33,076 nt of DNA from Candidatus Bipolaricaulia bacterium (GCA_046758705.1 JBHIAT010000020.1:1-33076), one strand, 5' to 3'; positions 1 to 8,531 are shown, counted from the stretch's first letter. Made by a program: numbers and translations. The notes: generated by a model not told the origin, from the letters alone.

Positions 1-133
1 TTCGCGCTCTGGCTCGACAATGAATTACCGAGGATTCCCGCGCAGTCTCCTAAAAGCCCTCAGCACGCCGCATTCACTCTCAAGTTCACGAGCTTCCTTC
101 CTGAGCCTCGCCGTTTATCTGCTCTTTGCTTGG

Positions 134-1099
134 CTAGTCCCCACTCTCATCAAATCCTAGCTCCTCGGCGACCACGTAGTAGGGACGCTCCTTGACCTCC
201 TCGAAGATCCGACCGACATACTCCCCAAGCACGCCGATGGTGAAGAGCTGCACCGCACCCAGGAAGAGCACAGCGATCATAACGGAGGCCCAGCCGGGGA
301 TGGTCTGATGCGAAATGAACTTATGGTAGAGCACCACCAGGATGCCGATGAACGCGAAGAAGGCCACGCTGAAGCCCAGCCAGATCGCCAAGCGAAGCGG
401 AGTGTTGGAGAAGGATACGAGACCATCCATGGCCAGTTTCAAAAGCTTTCCAAAAGTGTATTTAGGCTTCCCGGCAAATCGTCTTTCACGTTCGTATTCT
501 ACTCCAATCTGAGCGAAGCCTACAAAAGATCTTAATCCACGCAGGAAACGATCGCGCTCGGGCATGGCATTGAGGAACCCTACGACTCTGCGATCCAAAA
601 GACAGAAGTCTCCCGTCTCCAGAGGGATCCTGATGGAGCCAACCTGGGCCAGCAGGCGATAGAACGCCCAATAGAGAAAGCGTTTGAGGAGATGCTCTTT
701 TCTTCTGCGCCGGACGGCGTAGACCACCTGATAGCCCTTCTGCCAATGGCGCACGAACTCTGGGATGAACTCCGGAGGGTCTTGCAAGTCGCCGTCCATC
801 AAGACAACAGCTTGGCCTGAGGTGCGCCGCATACCGGCTGTGAGAGCCGCCTGGTGCCCGAAGTTGCGCGAGAATCGAATGATCTTCACCCGCGGGTTCC
901 GTTGATGAAAGGCCTGGAGCAACTCCGGGCTGCGATCGGTGCTGCCATCATCCACGAAGATGACCTCATAGCCCTCACCAGCAACTTGCTCCAACATCGG
1001 GATCAGCCGTTCGTATAAGACGGGAAGCGTAGCTTCCTCACTGAAGATCGGGATGACGACCGAAATTTTTATTCTCGTGATCAACTGGTAGTCCCCCAT
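134..1099 (-). CDS. GT2 family polyprenyl-phosphate glycosyltransferase (GtrB/ArnC-like)
   Basis: 321 aa. SVVIP..E, VDDGSTD, FSRNFGHQAA..AG, MDGDLQDPPE, TGDFCLLDR and RFLRGL motifs, then two C-terminal hydrophobic helices and GEYVGRIFEEVKERP. Confidence 0.93.
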   Translation of the reverse strand: MGDYQLITRIKISVVIPIFSEEATLPVLYERLIPMLEQVAGEGYEVIFVDDGSTDRSPELLQAFHQRNPRVKIIRFSRNFGHQAALTAGMRRTSGQAVVLMDGDLQDPPEFIPEFVRHWQKGYQVVYAVRRRRKEHLLKRFLYWAFYRLLAQVGSIRIPLETGDFCLLDRRVVGFLNAMPERDRFLRGLRSFVGFAQIGVEYERERRFAGKPKYTFGKLLKLAMDGLVSFSNTPLRLAIWLGFSVAFFAFIGILVVLYHKFISHQTIPGWASVMIAVLFLGAVQLFTIGVLGEYVGRIFEEVKERPYYVVAEELGFDESGD

Positions 1100-1105
1100 T
1101 GGATG

Positions 1106-1134
1106 AAGCTAACCATACCGTAATACAAAGTCAA
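1106..1134 (-). promoter_or_regulatory. Putative sigma70-type promoter of the GT2 gene (possibly leaderless)
   Basis: Minus strand reads TTGACT-N17-TAGCTT, ending 6 nt before the ATG at 1099. No Shine-Dalgarno between them. Confidence 0.5.
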
Positions 1135-1165
1135 TAGTATATTCAATTTGGTCGACTTCACCTAG

Positions 1166-1440
1166 ATCAACGAGGAGTGGCAGACGGACTTGATCGAATT
1201 TGGGATCGCTGGTTTTGGAACCTACTACTTCATGGGGATGGAGGACGTCTTTTCTCGATACGTCTTGGCCTGGACGCTGTCGCCGACTCAGACGGCCGAT
1301 GTTGCAGTTGAGGTAGTGGAACGGGCTTGGGCTACCGGACACCGGAGGAAGTCTATCCGGAGCAGGCTGAAGAATTGAAAAATCAGCGAGGTGCAAACTA
1401 AAATGGGAAGCCAAGTGTGTCAAAAAAGTGAAACAGTTCA
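1166..1440 (+). mobile_element. IS3-family insertion sequence remnant (internally deleted transposase plus probable right terminal repeat)
   Basis: From 1166: INEEWQTDLIEF..YYFMGMEDVFSRYVLAWTLS (integrase-core WxxD and DxFSR motifs). From 1327 in another frame: LGYRTPEEVY...* (IS3 C-terminal motif). Reverse complement of 1418-1440 is TGAACTGTTTCACTTTTTTGACA, resembling IS3/IS150 termini. Confidence 0.75.
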
Positions 1441-1536
1441 AGGGTTTTCGCATTGGCCAGATGGGCGTTCATCATTATCCGAGGTGTGGTGGATCGGGAT
1501 CGGCTTCATCATCGTGGGAATTACGATCATCGTCCA

Positions 1537-3231
1537 ATGAATCTACGACAACAGCTCCAGAAGCCGGATGTTCTCTTCCCACTGTTTATTGTCGTCTTGA
1601 TAGTTCCCATCCTATTCTGGGGGCTGGGGACGGGGAGCCTGTGGAATCCAGACGAGGGACTGTACGCCGAGATCGCCCGGGAGATGCTGGAGCAGGGCGA
1701 TTGGGTGGTTCCCATTTATAACTATGATACCCTAGTGTTCGATAAACCCCCCTTGATCTACTGGTTGAGCGCCCTGTTTTACCGAATTTTCGGGGTGGGG
1801 GAGTTTGCGTTTCGATTCCAGTCAGCCTTCTTCGGCTTGGCTGGGGCTTTGGTGATCTATGGTTTGGGGAGAACTCTTTATAATGCGAGGGTTGGGTTGC
1901 TAAGCGGTTTGATTTACGGGTCGAGCCTGGGGATCGCCGTCGAAAGCCACACCGGCTACATGGACAACGCTCTCACCTTCTGGATCGCGGCTGGCCTACT
2001 CTGTTTTTGGTGGGGGCAGCAGGAGCGACACTCCCCTTATTACCTGCTCTTTGCGATTTGTTTGAGTTTCGGTACACTGACCAAGGGACCTATCGCCATA
2101 TTGATCCCAGGCCTCGTGATCCTTTTAACCTGGGGTCTCCGACCGATCCTTCGGACGTTGAGTAACCCGTGGATGTTAGCAAGTATCGGCCTCTATGGAT
2201 TGATCATCGGGCCGTGGCACGGGGCGATAGGGGTGCGTTTCGGGGCGGATTGGTGGAATTCCTACTTTGGGTACCATATGCTGACCCGATTCTCGTCACC
2301 CATTCTCGGGACAGAACCCTGGTACTACTATATCCCGATGACTTTTTTGATCTTACTGCCTTGGAGCGGTTTTCTCCCGGCGGCCCTTTGGAAAGCGGGG
2401 AAGGAGGCCTGGAGGAGAGCTTCCGTTGATCGAGCCAACCGCGTTAGGGCACGCTTTCTGATGATTTGGTTCGCCGTGGTCTTCGTCTTTTTCTCGCTGG
2501 CCCAAACCAAGCTGGGCACTTATATCTTCCCACTGATTCCGCCCGGCGTTCTCCTCCTTGGACGCTGGTGGGAAGGGCTGTTCGGAGACGATTCGTCAAA
2601 GGCTCAGATCCGCACCTCGCGAATCGGGATAACCCTATCCCCCCTGATCGGGATAGGGTTGCTGTTTCTCGCCTTTGCCCTCGCATCCGTGCATCCAACG
2701 GTGAGGACCTACGTGGAGACCTCCTGGCCCGGCGGTATGGAGGCCTATCATGCCATTTCAGGTTCCCTGTTTCTCATCACTGGCCTTTACATCGCGATGA
2801 CCTTCCTCGCTTATCTCGTCCATCGGTGGCGTCCGACGCCAATGGTTCCCTTTCTGGCCTTGACCCTGTCCTCGGGGCTTCTGATTCTTCTAATGTCCGT
2901 CCAGGTCGTTCCCCTGGTGGAGCCGTTTAAACCTGTGAAGTCCCTGGCGGTACCAATTCGAGAGCGTATTCAGCCCGACGTCAGGGTGGGCAGTTATCTG
3001 AGGGCATCGGGCATCGGCGACATGAGCGCGCCATTCTACACGCGACATCCCGTGACGTTCCTGACGAGTGCCGAGGAGGTATCGGCCTTTCTCACTCAGG
3101 ATGCCGAGAGTTACCTTCTCATTGGAGTAGAGGCGTATCGCCCGTTGGAAGAGTGGATCAAGGCCCGGACCCCGACGGTGAGGATTCTGGCACAGGAAGG
3201 GCAGGCTCTTCTGGTCACAAATCGCCCTTGA
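1537..3231 (+). CDS. ArnT-like (GT-C fold, GT39/GT83) integral membrane glycosyltransferase
   Basis: LWNPDEGLYAEIAREMLEQGDW..P, FDKPPLIYW, LTKGP, PWYYY and TKL.TYIFP motifs with many TM segments. ATG 1537 preferred over the track's TTG 1453 because the family-like sequence begins shortly after it. Confidence 0.88.
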   Translation: MNLRQQLQKPDVLFPLFIVVLIVPILFWGLGTGSLWNPDEGLYAEIAREMLEQGDWVVPIYNYDTLVFDKPPLIYWLSALFYRIFGVGEFAFRFQSAFFGLAGALVIYGLGRTLYNARVGLLSGLIYGSSLGIAVESHTGYMDNALTFWIAAGLLCFWWGQQERHSPYYLLFAICLSFGTLTKGPIAILIPGLVILLTWGLRPILRTLSNPWMLASIGLYGLIIGPWHGAIGVRFGADWWNSYFGYHMLTRFSSPILGTEPWYYYIPMTFLILLPWSGFLPAALWKAGKEAWRRASVDRANRVRARFLMIWFAVVFVFFSLAQTKLGTYIFPLIPPGVLLLGRWWEGLFGDDSSKAQIRTSRIGITLSPLIGIGLLFLAFALASVHPTVRTYVETSWPGGMEAYHAISGSLFLITGLYIAMTFLAYLVHRWRPTPMVPFLALTLSSGLLILLMSVQVVPLVEPFKPVKSLAVPIRERIQPDVRVGSYLRASGIGDMSAPFYTRHPVTFLTSAEEVSAFLTQDAESYLLIGVEAYRPLEEWIKARTPTVRILAQEGQALLVTNRP

Positions 3232-3238
3232 ACCGTAT

Positions 3239-4150
3239 CTACCGGGGGTGCCCCCCGGTTTCGGCGATTCGGGGTGGTTCCCAAACCAGCGCTGCAGCCC
3301 CCAGGATCCCGATCTCGTCGCCCAGCTCCGTCGGGCGGATCGGCGCCCGATTGATCTGGGCGTGGGCCGTGGCAGTCCGTTCCACCCTCTTGGCAAACAG
3401 TTCCCAGGACTTGACCATCCCACCGCCCACCACTATCGCATTAGGGTTGAAGATTTCCATCAGGTTAGCAAGACCGAGTCCCAGGTAGCGAGCGGCTTCA
3501 TCGATGATCTGCTTGGCTTTTTGATCTCCGGATCGTGCGCGGTCGAAGACGAGTTTGGCCGAGGCCTGTTCCAGACCGAGAAGCTCCTGACCCCGCCTCC
3601 CGATGGCCGTCCCCGACGCCAGCGCCTCCAGGCAGCCGCGTTTGCCGCAGTTGCACCGCGGCCCGTCGGGAACGAGGATCATGTGACCGACCTCAGCAGC
3701 GTTCCCCCGGGCACCCCGGTAGAGGCGCCCGTTGACGACGATCCCACCGCCGATCCCGGTGCTGAGGGTCAGGTAGACGAAATGCTCGAACCGGTTTCCG
3801 AACCTTGCCTCGGCGAGTGCGGCCGCGTTCGCATCGTTGTCGAGACGGACCGGCAGCGAGAACGTCTCGGAGAGCAGCGCAACGATGGGGATCTCATGCC
3901 AGTGGGGGATGTTAACCGGTTGGGTGATCCTGCCGCGCTCGATATCGAGGGGGCCGACAGACCCGACGCCGATGCCGTCGATCTCCGATATCGAGATCCC
4001 CGTCTGTTGGATCAACTCGCGTATCTGATCGATGATCGCCTCGGGCTCCCCGGTCGGGCGCACGTTCCTCCCGACGACCGAGCCGTTCGCGTCGCATATT
4101 CCGACGCCGATCTTCGTACCCCCGATGTCGACACCGATTCCACACCTCAT
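3239..4150 (-). CDS. ROK family sugar kinase (glucokinase-like)
   Basis: GVDIGGTK, NDANAAALAE, LSTGIGGGIV, EVGH and the CNCGKRGCLE zinc motif. No N-terminal HTH, so a kinase rather than a repressor. Confidence 0.92.
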   Translation of the reverse strand: MRCGIGVDIGGTKIGVGICDANGSVVGRNVRPTGEPEAIIDQIRELIQQTGISISEIDGIGVGSVGPLDIERGRITQPVNIPHWHEIPIVALLSETFSLPVRLDNDANAAALAEARFGNRFEHFVYLTLSTGIGGGIVVNGRLYRGARGNAAEVGHMILVPDGPRCNCGKRGCLEALASGTAIGRRGQELLGLEQASAKLVFDRARSGDQKAKQIIDEAARYLGLGLANLMEIFNPNAIVVGGGMVKSWELFAKRVERTATAHAQINRAPIRPTELGDEIGILGAAALVWEPPRIAETGGHPR

Positions 4151-4204
4151 CTCGTTCTATCCGGAGTATAGTCAGATCGCCTCTCCGGCCGCAACCCAAA
4201 CGAT

Positions 4205-4576
4205 TCAAACACAGTCATCCTGATGACCATTACAACGAGAACGGACCCGGATCTGGTACAGGCCCTGGACACCGCTCTTTCGGTAGAGTCGGTAGGCCCG
4301 AGGCAGGATCTCGAACAGATCGCCGACCACGATCCCCAACCGGCGCTCTCCGGCGAAGACCTCGAGGGTCTCCACACCGTTCGTACCCCTGAGTTCTCGG
4401 AGTTCGAGCAACCCGGCCTCGCCGTTCCGCAGCGCCTCCGCCTCCTCGACGAGCGCCTCCCAATCCTCTCCTGCGACCGTTCCCAGGTAGGTCTCCTGAG
4501 GCGTACCGAACAGGATGCCGCGCCCCGACTCCACGACCCAGGCCTCGGCCCTCAGCTTCGCACCCTTAGACTCCAT
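4205..4576 (-). CDS. Hypothetical protein (~123 aa)
   Basis: Protein-like ORF co-oriented between the 68-aa ORF and the ROK gene. Start uncertain (ATG 4576 or 4591). No family recognised. Confidence 0.55.
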   Translation of the reverse strand: MESKGAKLRAEAWVVESGRGILFGTPQETYLGTVAGEDWEALVEEAEALRNGEAGLLELRELRGTNGVETLEVFAGERRLGIVVGDLFEILPRAYRLYRKSGVQGLYQIRVRSRCNGHQDDCV

Positions 4577-4758
4577 CCAACGATCCCCCACAGTCCATTC
4601 ACCAATATGCCCAGTCGGGCGCCCAGCCTGCGAACCATCGTCCGCCGGACCGGCTGTGGCGGGCGGGCAGCACGCGCCAGCCTGATCCGCTCTGCTTCCC
4701 GTTGGAGCTCTTCCATCCGCGCCCGGCCCAGTCGTTCGGTGAGATAGGGATGAAACAT
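4552..4758 (-). CDS. Small basic hypothetical protein (68 aa)
   Basis: GGAGG Shine-Dalgarno 8 nt before the ATG and a near-consensus promoter upstream. Helical N-terminus MFHPYLTERLGRARMEELQREAERIRLAR. Confidence 0.7.
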   Translation of the reverse strand: MFHPYLTERLGRARMEELQREAERIRLARAARPPQPVRRTMVRRLGARLGILVNGLWGIVGWSLRVRS

Positions 4759-4794
4759 GATTCCGCCTCCCGCTGTTGTTGTTCCACTGGTTTA

Positions 4795-4823
4795 ATTATA
4801 CTCAATGAAGTCAGTGAAGTCAA
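4795..4823 (-). promoter_or_regulatory. Sigma70-type promoter with overlapping direct-repeat operator candidate
   Basis: Minus strand reads TTGACT-N17-TATAAT. TGAAGTCA occurs twice on the plus strand (4806-4813 and 4815-4822). Confidence 0.7.
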
Positions 4824-4917
4824 GGGCTGAAAAGCCGTCCTGTAGGGCATTTCAGTGGGTATTTGGGAGGCCCAACCCTAGCGGACTTCAGAGGCCTTCA
4901 AAGGGTTGTCGCAAGCA

Positions 4918-6651
4918 TCAGCTCAAGATTCCGCTCACCGTATCAGCCACCGTTTCGGGTTTGCCGACGGGTTGTATGATATAAATGCCATCTGCGATCT
5001 CTCGGGCCAACTCCACCTGTTCCCGAGCCAACAACACGCCTTCCTCCCTTGGGCTTTTTGCGCGGCTCAGTCTGTTCAGAATCGCGTCCGGCATGTTGAC
5101 CTTCATGACTTCATTCATAAACATCGCATTCCTGATGTTCATCAGTGGATAGATGCCTATGAGGAACTTTGCTCCCGAATTGTTGAATCTATCCTTTATA
5201 TGTCCGAAAATTTCTCGGATGCTTTCGTTGTCGAAAATCGCCTGGATCAGCACAAAACGGGCGCCGCGATCGATCCGGTCCGCTAACAGATTCAACTTAT
5301 AATTTAAATTCCCCTCCGGAGAGAGATTCGTGCCGACGAAATGAAGCTTTTTGGCCTGTTCTATGACAGTAAAAACAGTCACATTGAACTCCTCTGCATC
5401 CCCGTAGACGATATTTAAGTTTTTTACCCCTTGTTGTCGGGCATCGAGCACCTTCCCCAAGTTATCGGTCAAATTCCGGTATGATGTGCCGATGGTTGCG
5501 ATCGTCTCTGACTCTGGAAATCTTCCTTGAATCTCTGAGGCTAAGATAACGCTGTCCACGGTAACCCGATTGCCTGGATGATCAGGAGCGATGAACACAT
5601 CGATGTCGCTCCCTTTAAGAAGCTTGTCAACAACGGAATATACGTCGCTTAAATCGGGGACTGAGGAGGCTTTAACCTCATAAACGGCAACAAATTTTCC
5701 ATTCCCCAATTTTTTTTCAAATTTCGTCTTTTCCCTGGAAAATTCTTGCTCAATGACCGGTCTGACCGCCACCCGTTTGCGGACGATCGGCTCCTGTTTC
5801 ACGGCTTTGACGATCTGAGAGATATATGCGGGGGTGGTGCCACAACACCCCCCGATGATCCTGGCTCCGGCCTCTGCCAGTGTTCTCGCATAAACTCCAA
5901 AATTTTCCGGGGTTTCACCGACATATCTGAGTTGTCCCTGGTCAAAAACCGGGAAACCCGCGTTGGGTTGTGCTGAAAGTACCATCTCTTCTCTGACAGA
6001 CGCCATCTTTTCTAACGATTTCAGCACATCGTAAGCCGTCATACAGTTGCTGCCAATGACATCCGCTCCATTTTTGATCAGATAGCTGGCTTCCTTTCTG
6101 AAGTTTATCGGTGTATCATCGGTGTCAAAATGTCCGAACTGTGCAACGATGGGCAATTCAAACTCGGTTGCTGCCTTTAACGCGATCCTCAACTCCTCAG
6201 GGTGGCTGAAGGTCTCCAGGATGATCAGGTCAACTCCAGCATCATACAGTACTTGTATCTGGCTTTTATAGATTTCAAGGAGGTCTTTGACGAGGATATA
6301 GAATTCCCCCCGTGTATAGGTGACAGGACCGACAGCACCCGCGATATAAACGGGTTTTTTAGCGATCTTTCTCGCTTGTTTCGCGATGGCCACCCCTTGT
6401 TCGTTGATATCGACGAATCTTCCTTCGTCCGCATCCGTGAATAACCGATAACTGCTGGCTCCATAGGTGTTGGTTTCGATAATATCCGCCCCCGCTTTGA
6501 TATAGGCCTGATACAGGGCTTTGACCTTTTCAGGATGGGTTAAATTGAGGATATTCACCCGGGTGCCTTGGGCCATATGGAGTAGGTTCGTCCCGGTTGC
6601 GCCATCACAGACAAGGATCTCATGTTCCAGTCTCTCGAGAAACTCATTCAT
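4918..6651 (-). CDS. yitJ: Bifunctional homocysteine S-methyltransferase / methylenetetrahydrofolate reductase-like fusion (YitJ-like)
   Basis: N-terminal DGATGT, AGADIIETNTYGA, LETF, GSNC, QPNAGFP and IIGGCCGTTP (Zn-binding Cys). C-terminal ~270 aa is a divergent MTHFR-like barrel (RNL, GD, GA.F...Q..FD). Confidence 0.82.
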   Translation of the reverse strand: MNEFLERLEHEILVCDGATGTNLLHMAQGTRVNILNLTHPEKVKALYQAYIKAGADIIETNTYGASSYRLFTDADEGRFVDINEQGVAIAKQARKIAKKPVYIAGAVGPVTYTRGEFYILVKDLLEIYKSQIQVLYDAGVDLIILETFSHPEELRIALKAATEFELPIVAQFGHFDTDDTPINFRKEASYLIKNGADVIGSNCMTAYDVLKSLEKMASVREEMVLSAQPNAGFPVFDQGQLRYVGETPENFGVYARTLAEAGARIIGGCCGTTPAYISQIVKAVKQEPIVRKRVAVRPVIEQEFSREKTKFEKKLGNGKFVAVYEVKASSVPDLSDVYSVVDKLLKGSDIDVFIAPDHPGNRVTVDSVILASEIQGRFPESETIATIGTSYRNLTDNLGKVLDARQQGVKNLNIVYGDAEEFNVTVFTVIEQAKKLHFVGTNLSPEGNLNYKLNLLADRIDRGARFVLIQAIFDNESIREIFGHIKDRFNNSGAKFLIGIYPLMNIRNAMFMNEVMKVNMPDAILNRLSRAKSPREEGVLLAREQVELAREIADGIYIIQPVGKPETVADTVSGILS

Positions 6652-6672
6652 GATTCAGAGGGGTATCAGGTG

Positions 6673-6748
6673 TGGTGGGCGAAGCAGGACTTGAACCTGC
6701 GACCTCTCCCCTGTGACGGGAGCGCTCTCCCGGCTGAGCTATTCGCCC
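6673..6748 (-). tRNA. tRNA-Val(CAC)
   Basis: 76-nt cloverleaf GGGCGAA-TA-GCTC-AGCCGGGA-GAGC-G-CTCCC-GTCACAG-GGGAG-AGGTC-GCAGG-TTCAAGT-CCTGC-TTCGCCC-A-CCA. Anticodon CAC, discriminator A, encoded CCA. Confidence 0.95.
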
Positions 6749-6764
6749 GTCAAACTTTAAATTT

Positions 6765-6793
6765 ATGGTAACACAATCCGGTCAACCGATCAA
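6765..6793 (-). promoter_or_regulatory. Putative tRNA promoter
   Basis: Minus strand reads TTGATC-N17-TACCAT with a TGn extended -10, ending 16 nt upstream of the tRNA 5' end. Confidence 0.5.
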
Positions 6794-6807
6794 ATCTTAG
6801 CTTTCGA

Positions 6808-8052
6808 TCACGACAGCATCTCGCTCAGGCTCTCCCCCTCACGTTTGCGGGTGATCTCGACGAGGCCGAGCCGGGTCATGTCGATGAAGTCGGTGGTGAC
6901 CCGATCCTTCTTGAGTTCGATTTTCAGCTTCTCGATCACCCGCTGTTCGAACTCCCTGTAGCTCATATCGATAAAATCGACGATGATGATCCCACTGATC
7001 TTGCGCAGGCGCAACTGGCGAGGGATCTCGACCGCTGCCTCCAGGTTCGTGTTCAGGATCGCTTTCTCCTGGTTGCGGTGGCGGACATCGGCTCCGCTGT
7101 TCACATCGATCGCTGTCAGTGCCTCCGTCTCATCGATCACCAACGTCCCCCCGCCCTTCAGGGGCACCTCCCGCTTCAGGCTCTCCTCAATCTGGGCTTC
7201 GACCCCGTAGGTTTCGAACAGATCCTCCCCCTGATAAAGCTCCAGCTGATCTTGGAGGTGGTCCATCTTCATGTACTTCAAGAACCCCACAAGCTCGTGG
7301 TAGGTCCTCTCATCATCGATGATCACCGCTTTGACATCCTCGAGAAGCCGGTCCCGAATCGTGCCTCGGATCAGGTCCATCCCTCGGTAGAGCAACTGTG
7401 GAGAGGAGACCCGTTCGGCCTCCTCCTCGATCCCCTTCCAGGTACCGAGCAGGAAGTTGAAGTCCCGCTCAAGATCCTTCTTGGAGGTCCCGTTTGCGGC
7501 GGTCCGGGCGATGAGCCCTTCGTTTGGCTGCTTGAGCTCCCGGGCGATCCGCTTCAGCCGGTCGATCTCCCGGCGGCCCTCGACCCTCCGTGACACACCC
7601 AACCGTCCCTCTTTGGGCAGGAAGACCCAGAAGCGCCCCGGCAGGCTGATCTTGGTCGTCGCCTGGGCGCTTTTGGAGCCGATCTCCTCGCGGCGTACCT
7701 GGACGATCAGGTCCTGCCCGCTTTTCAGGATCTTCTGGATCGGGATCAAGCCCCGGCCTGACGAGAATCCGCGGCTGCGCAGCAGCATATCGTTGATCTC
7801 CTTGGCCGATAGGAAGAGATTCCTCCGTTCCCCCACATCGACGAACGCAGATCCCATACCGCTCAGCACGTCCTGCACCCGGCCTTTATAGATGTTCCCC
7901 ACCAGGGTCTCACGGCCCGGGTCCTCGTAATAGATCTCCATCAGCCACTCGTCTTCCAAGACAGCAACCCGCTTGGTCTGTTCACGAGCGTTGATCAGGA
8001 TCTGCTTGCCCTGTTTATCGGTCTTACTTTTGTCCTTACTTTTGTTCTTAAT
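6808..8052 (-). CDS. rng: Rne/Rng family ribonuclease (RNase G-like, catalytic domain only); start codon unresolved
   Basis: VGNIYKGRV S1 domain, GG.LVIDETEALTAIDVNSG, TNLEAA.EI.RQLRLR.I.GII.VDFIDM and GLVEITRKR. The conserved N-terminus KQILINAREQTKRVAVLED lies in frame upstream of the track start (TTG 7959). 8052 is an in-frame ATT. Confidence 0.88.
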   Translation of the reverse strand: MKNKSKDKSKTDKQGKQILINAREQTKRVAVLEDEWLMEIYYEDPGRETLVGNIYKGRVQDVLSGMGSAFVDVGERRNLFLSAKEINDMLLRSRGFSSGRGLIPIQKILKSGQDLIVQVRREEIGSKSAQATTKISLPGRFWVFLPKEGRLGVSRRVEGRREIDRLKRIARELKQPNEGLIARTAANGTSKKDLERDFNFLLGTWKGIEEEAERVSSPQLLYRGMDLIRGTIRDRLLEDVKAVIIDDERTYHELVGFLKYMKMDHLQDQLELYQGEDLFETYGVEAQIEESLKREVPLKGGGTLVIDETEALTAIDVNSGADVRHRNQEKAILNTNLEAAVEIPRQLRLRKISGIIIVDFIDMSYREFEQRVIEKLKIELKKDRVTTDFIDMTRLGLVEITRKREGESLSEMLS

Positions 8053-8531
8053 TTTGTCACCCTCTTTTCATCCGACAGCAGCGCCTCAAGCAGCGACTTG
8101 ACCGTCCGGCCCGAACGGGGATCGATCAACGTCCCATCGAGCTCGACGAGCGGTACGAGGACGAACCGCCGCCCCGCCAGCTCGGGATGAGGGATCGTCA
8201 ACTCCGCCGTTTCGATCACTCGATCCCCGAACAGCAGGAGGTCAAGGTCGATCTCCCGTGGCCCCCATCGCTCCCGCACCACTCGTCCCATGTCCCGTTC
8301 GATCTCTTGGCACCGAACATGGAGCGCCCCGGGATCCAGCTTGGTCGCGACCGCGACGGCCGTGTTGATGAACCAGGGTTGCCTCTCCACCCCGACCGGC
8401 TCCGTCTCGTAGAGTGAGGCGGTGTTGCACACCCTCACCCCATTGGTCCTGTCGAGAAGTGCAACCGCCCGTTCGACGTTCACAATACGGTCTCCGACGT
8501 TCGATCCCAGTCCGATGAACGCACGTTCCAT
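7995..8531 (-). CDS. folK: 2-amino-4-hydroxy-6-hydroxymethyldihydropteridine diphosphokinase (HPPK)
   Basis: IGLGSNVGDR, SLYETEP, FIN, IE..MGR.V..RWGPREIDLDLL and L.IPHPEL..RRFVLVPL. Confidence 0.95.
   Translation of the reverse strand: MERAFIGLGSNVGDRIVNVERAVALLDRTNGVRVCNTASLYETEPVGVERQPWFINTAVAVATKLDPGALHVRCQEIERDMGRVVRERWGPREIDLDLLLFGDRVIETAELTIPHPELAGRRFVLVPLVELDGTLIDPRSGRTVKSLLEALLSDEKRVTKLRTKVRTKVRPINRASRS

Noticed and set aside
1-133. Possible partial CDS at the window start
   Set aside because: Short, no motif, and the plus-strand candidate overlaps the GT2 stop.
3248-4171. 307-aa plus-strand ORF
   Set aside because: Antisense shadow of the ROK kinase, with no motifs.
4223-4747. 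174-aa plus-strand ORF
   Set aside because: Antisense to two minus-strand ORFs that have promoter and SD support.
4760-4917. att direct repeat of the tRNA 3' end bounding an island
   Set aside because: No copy of the tRNA 3' end was found.
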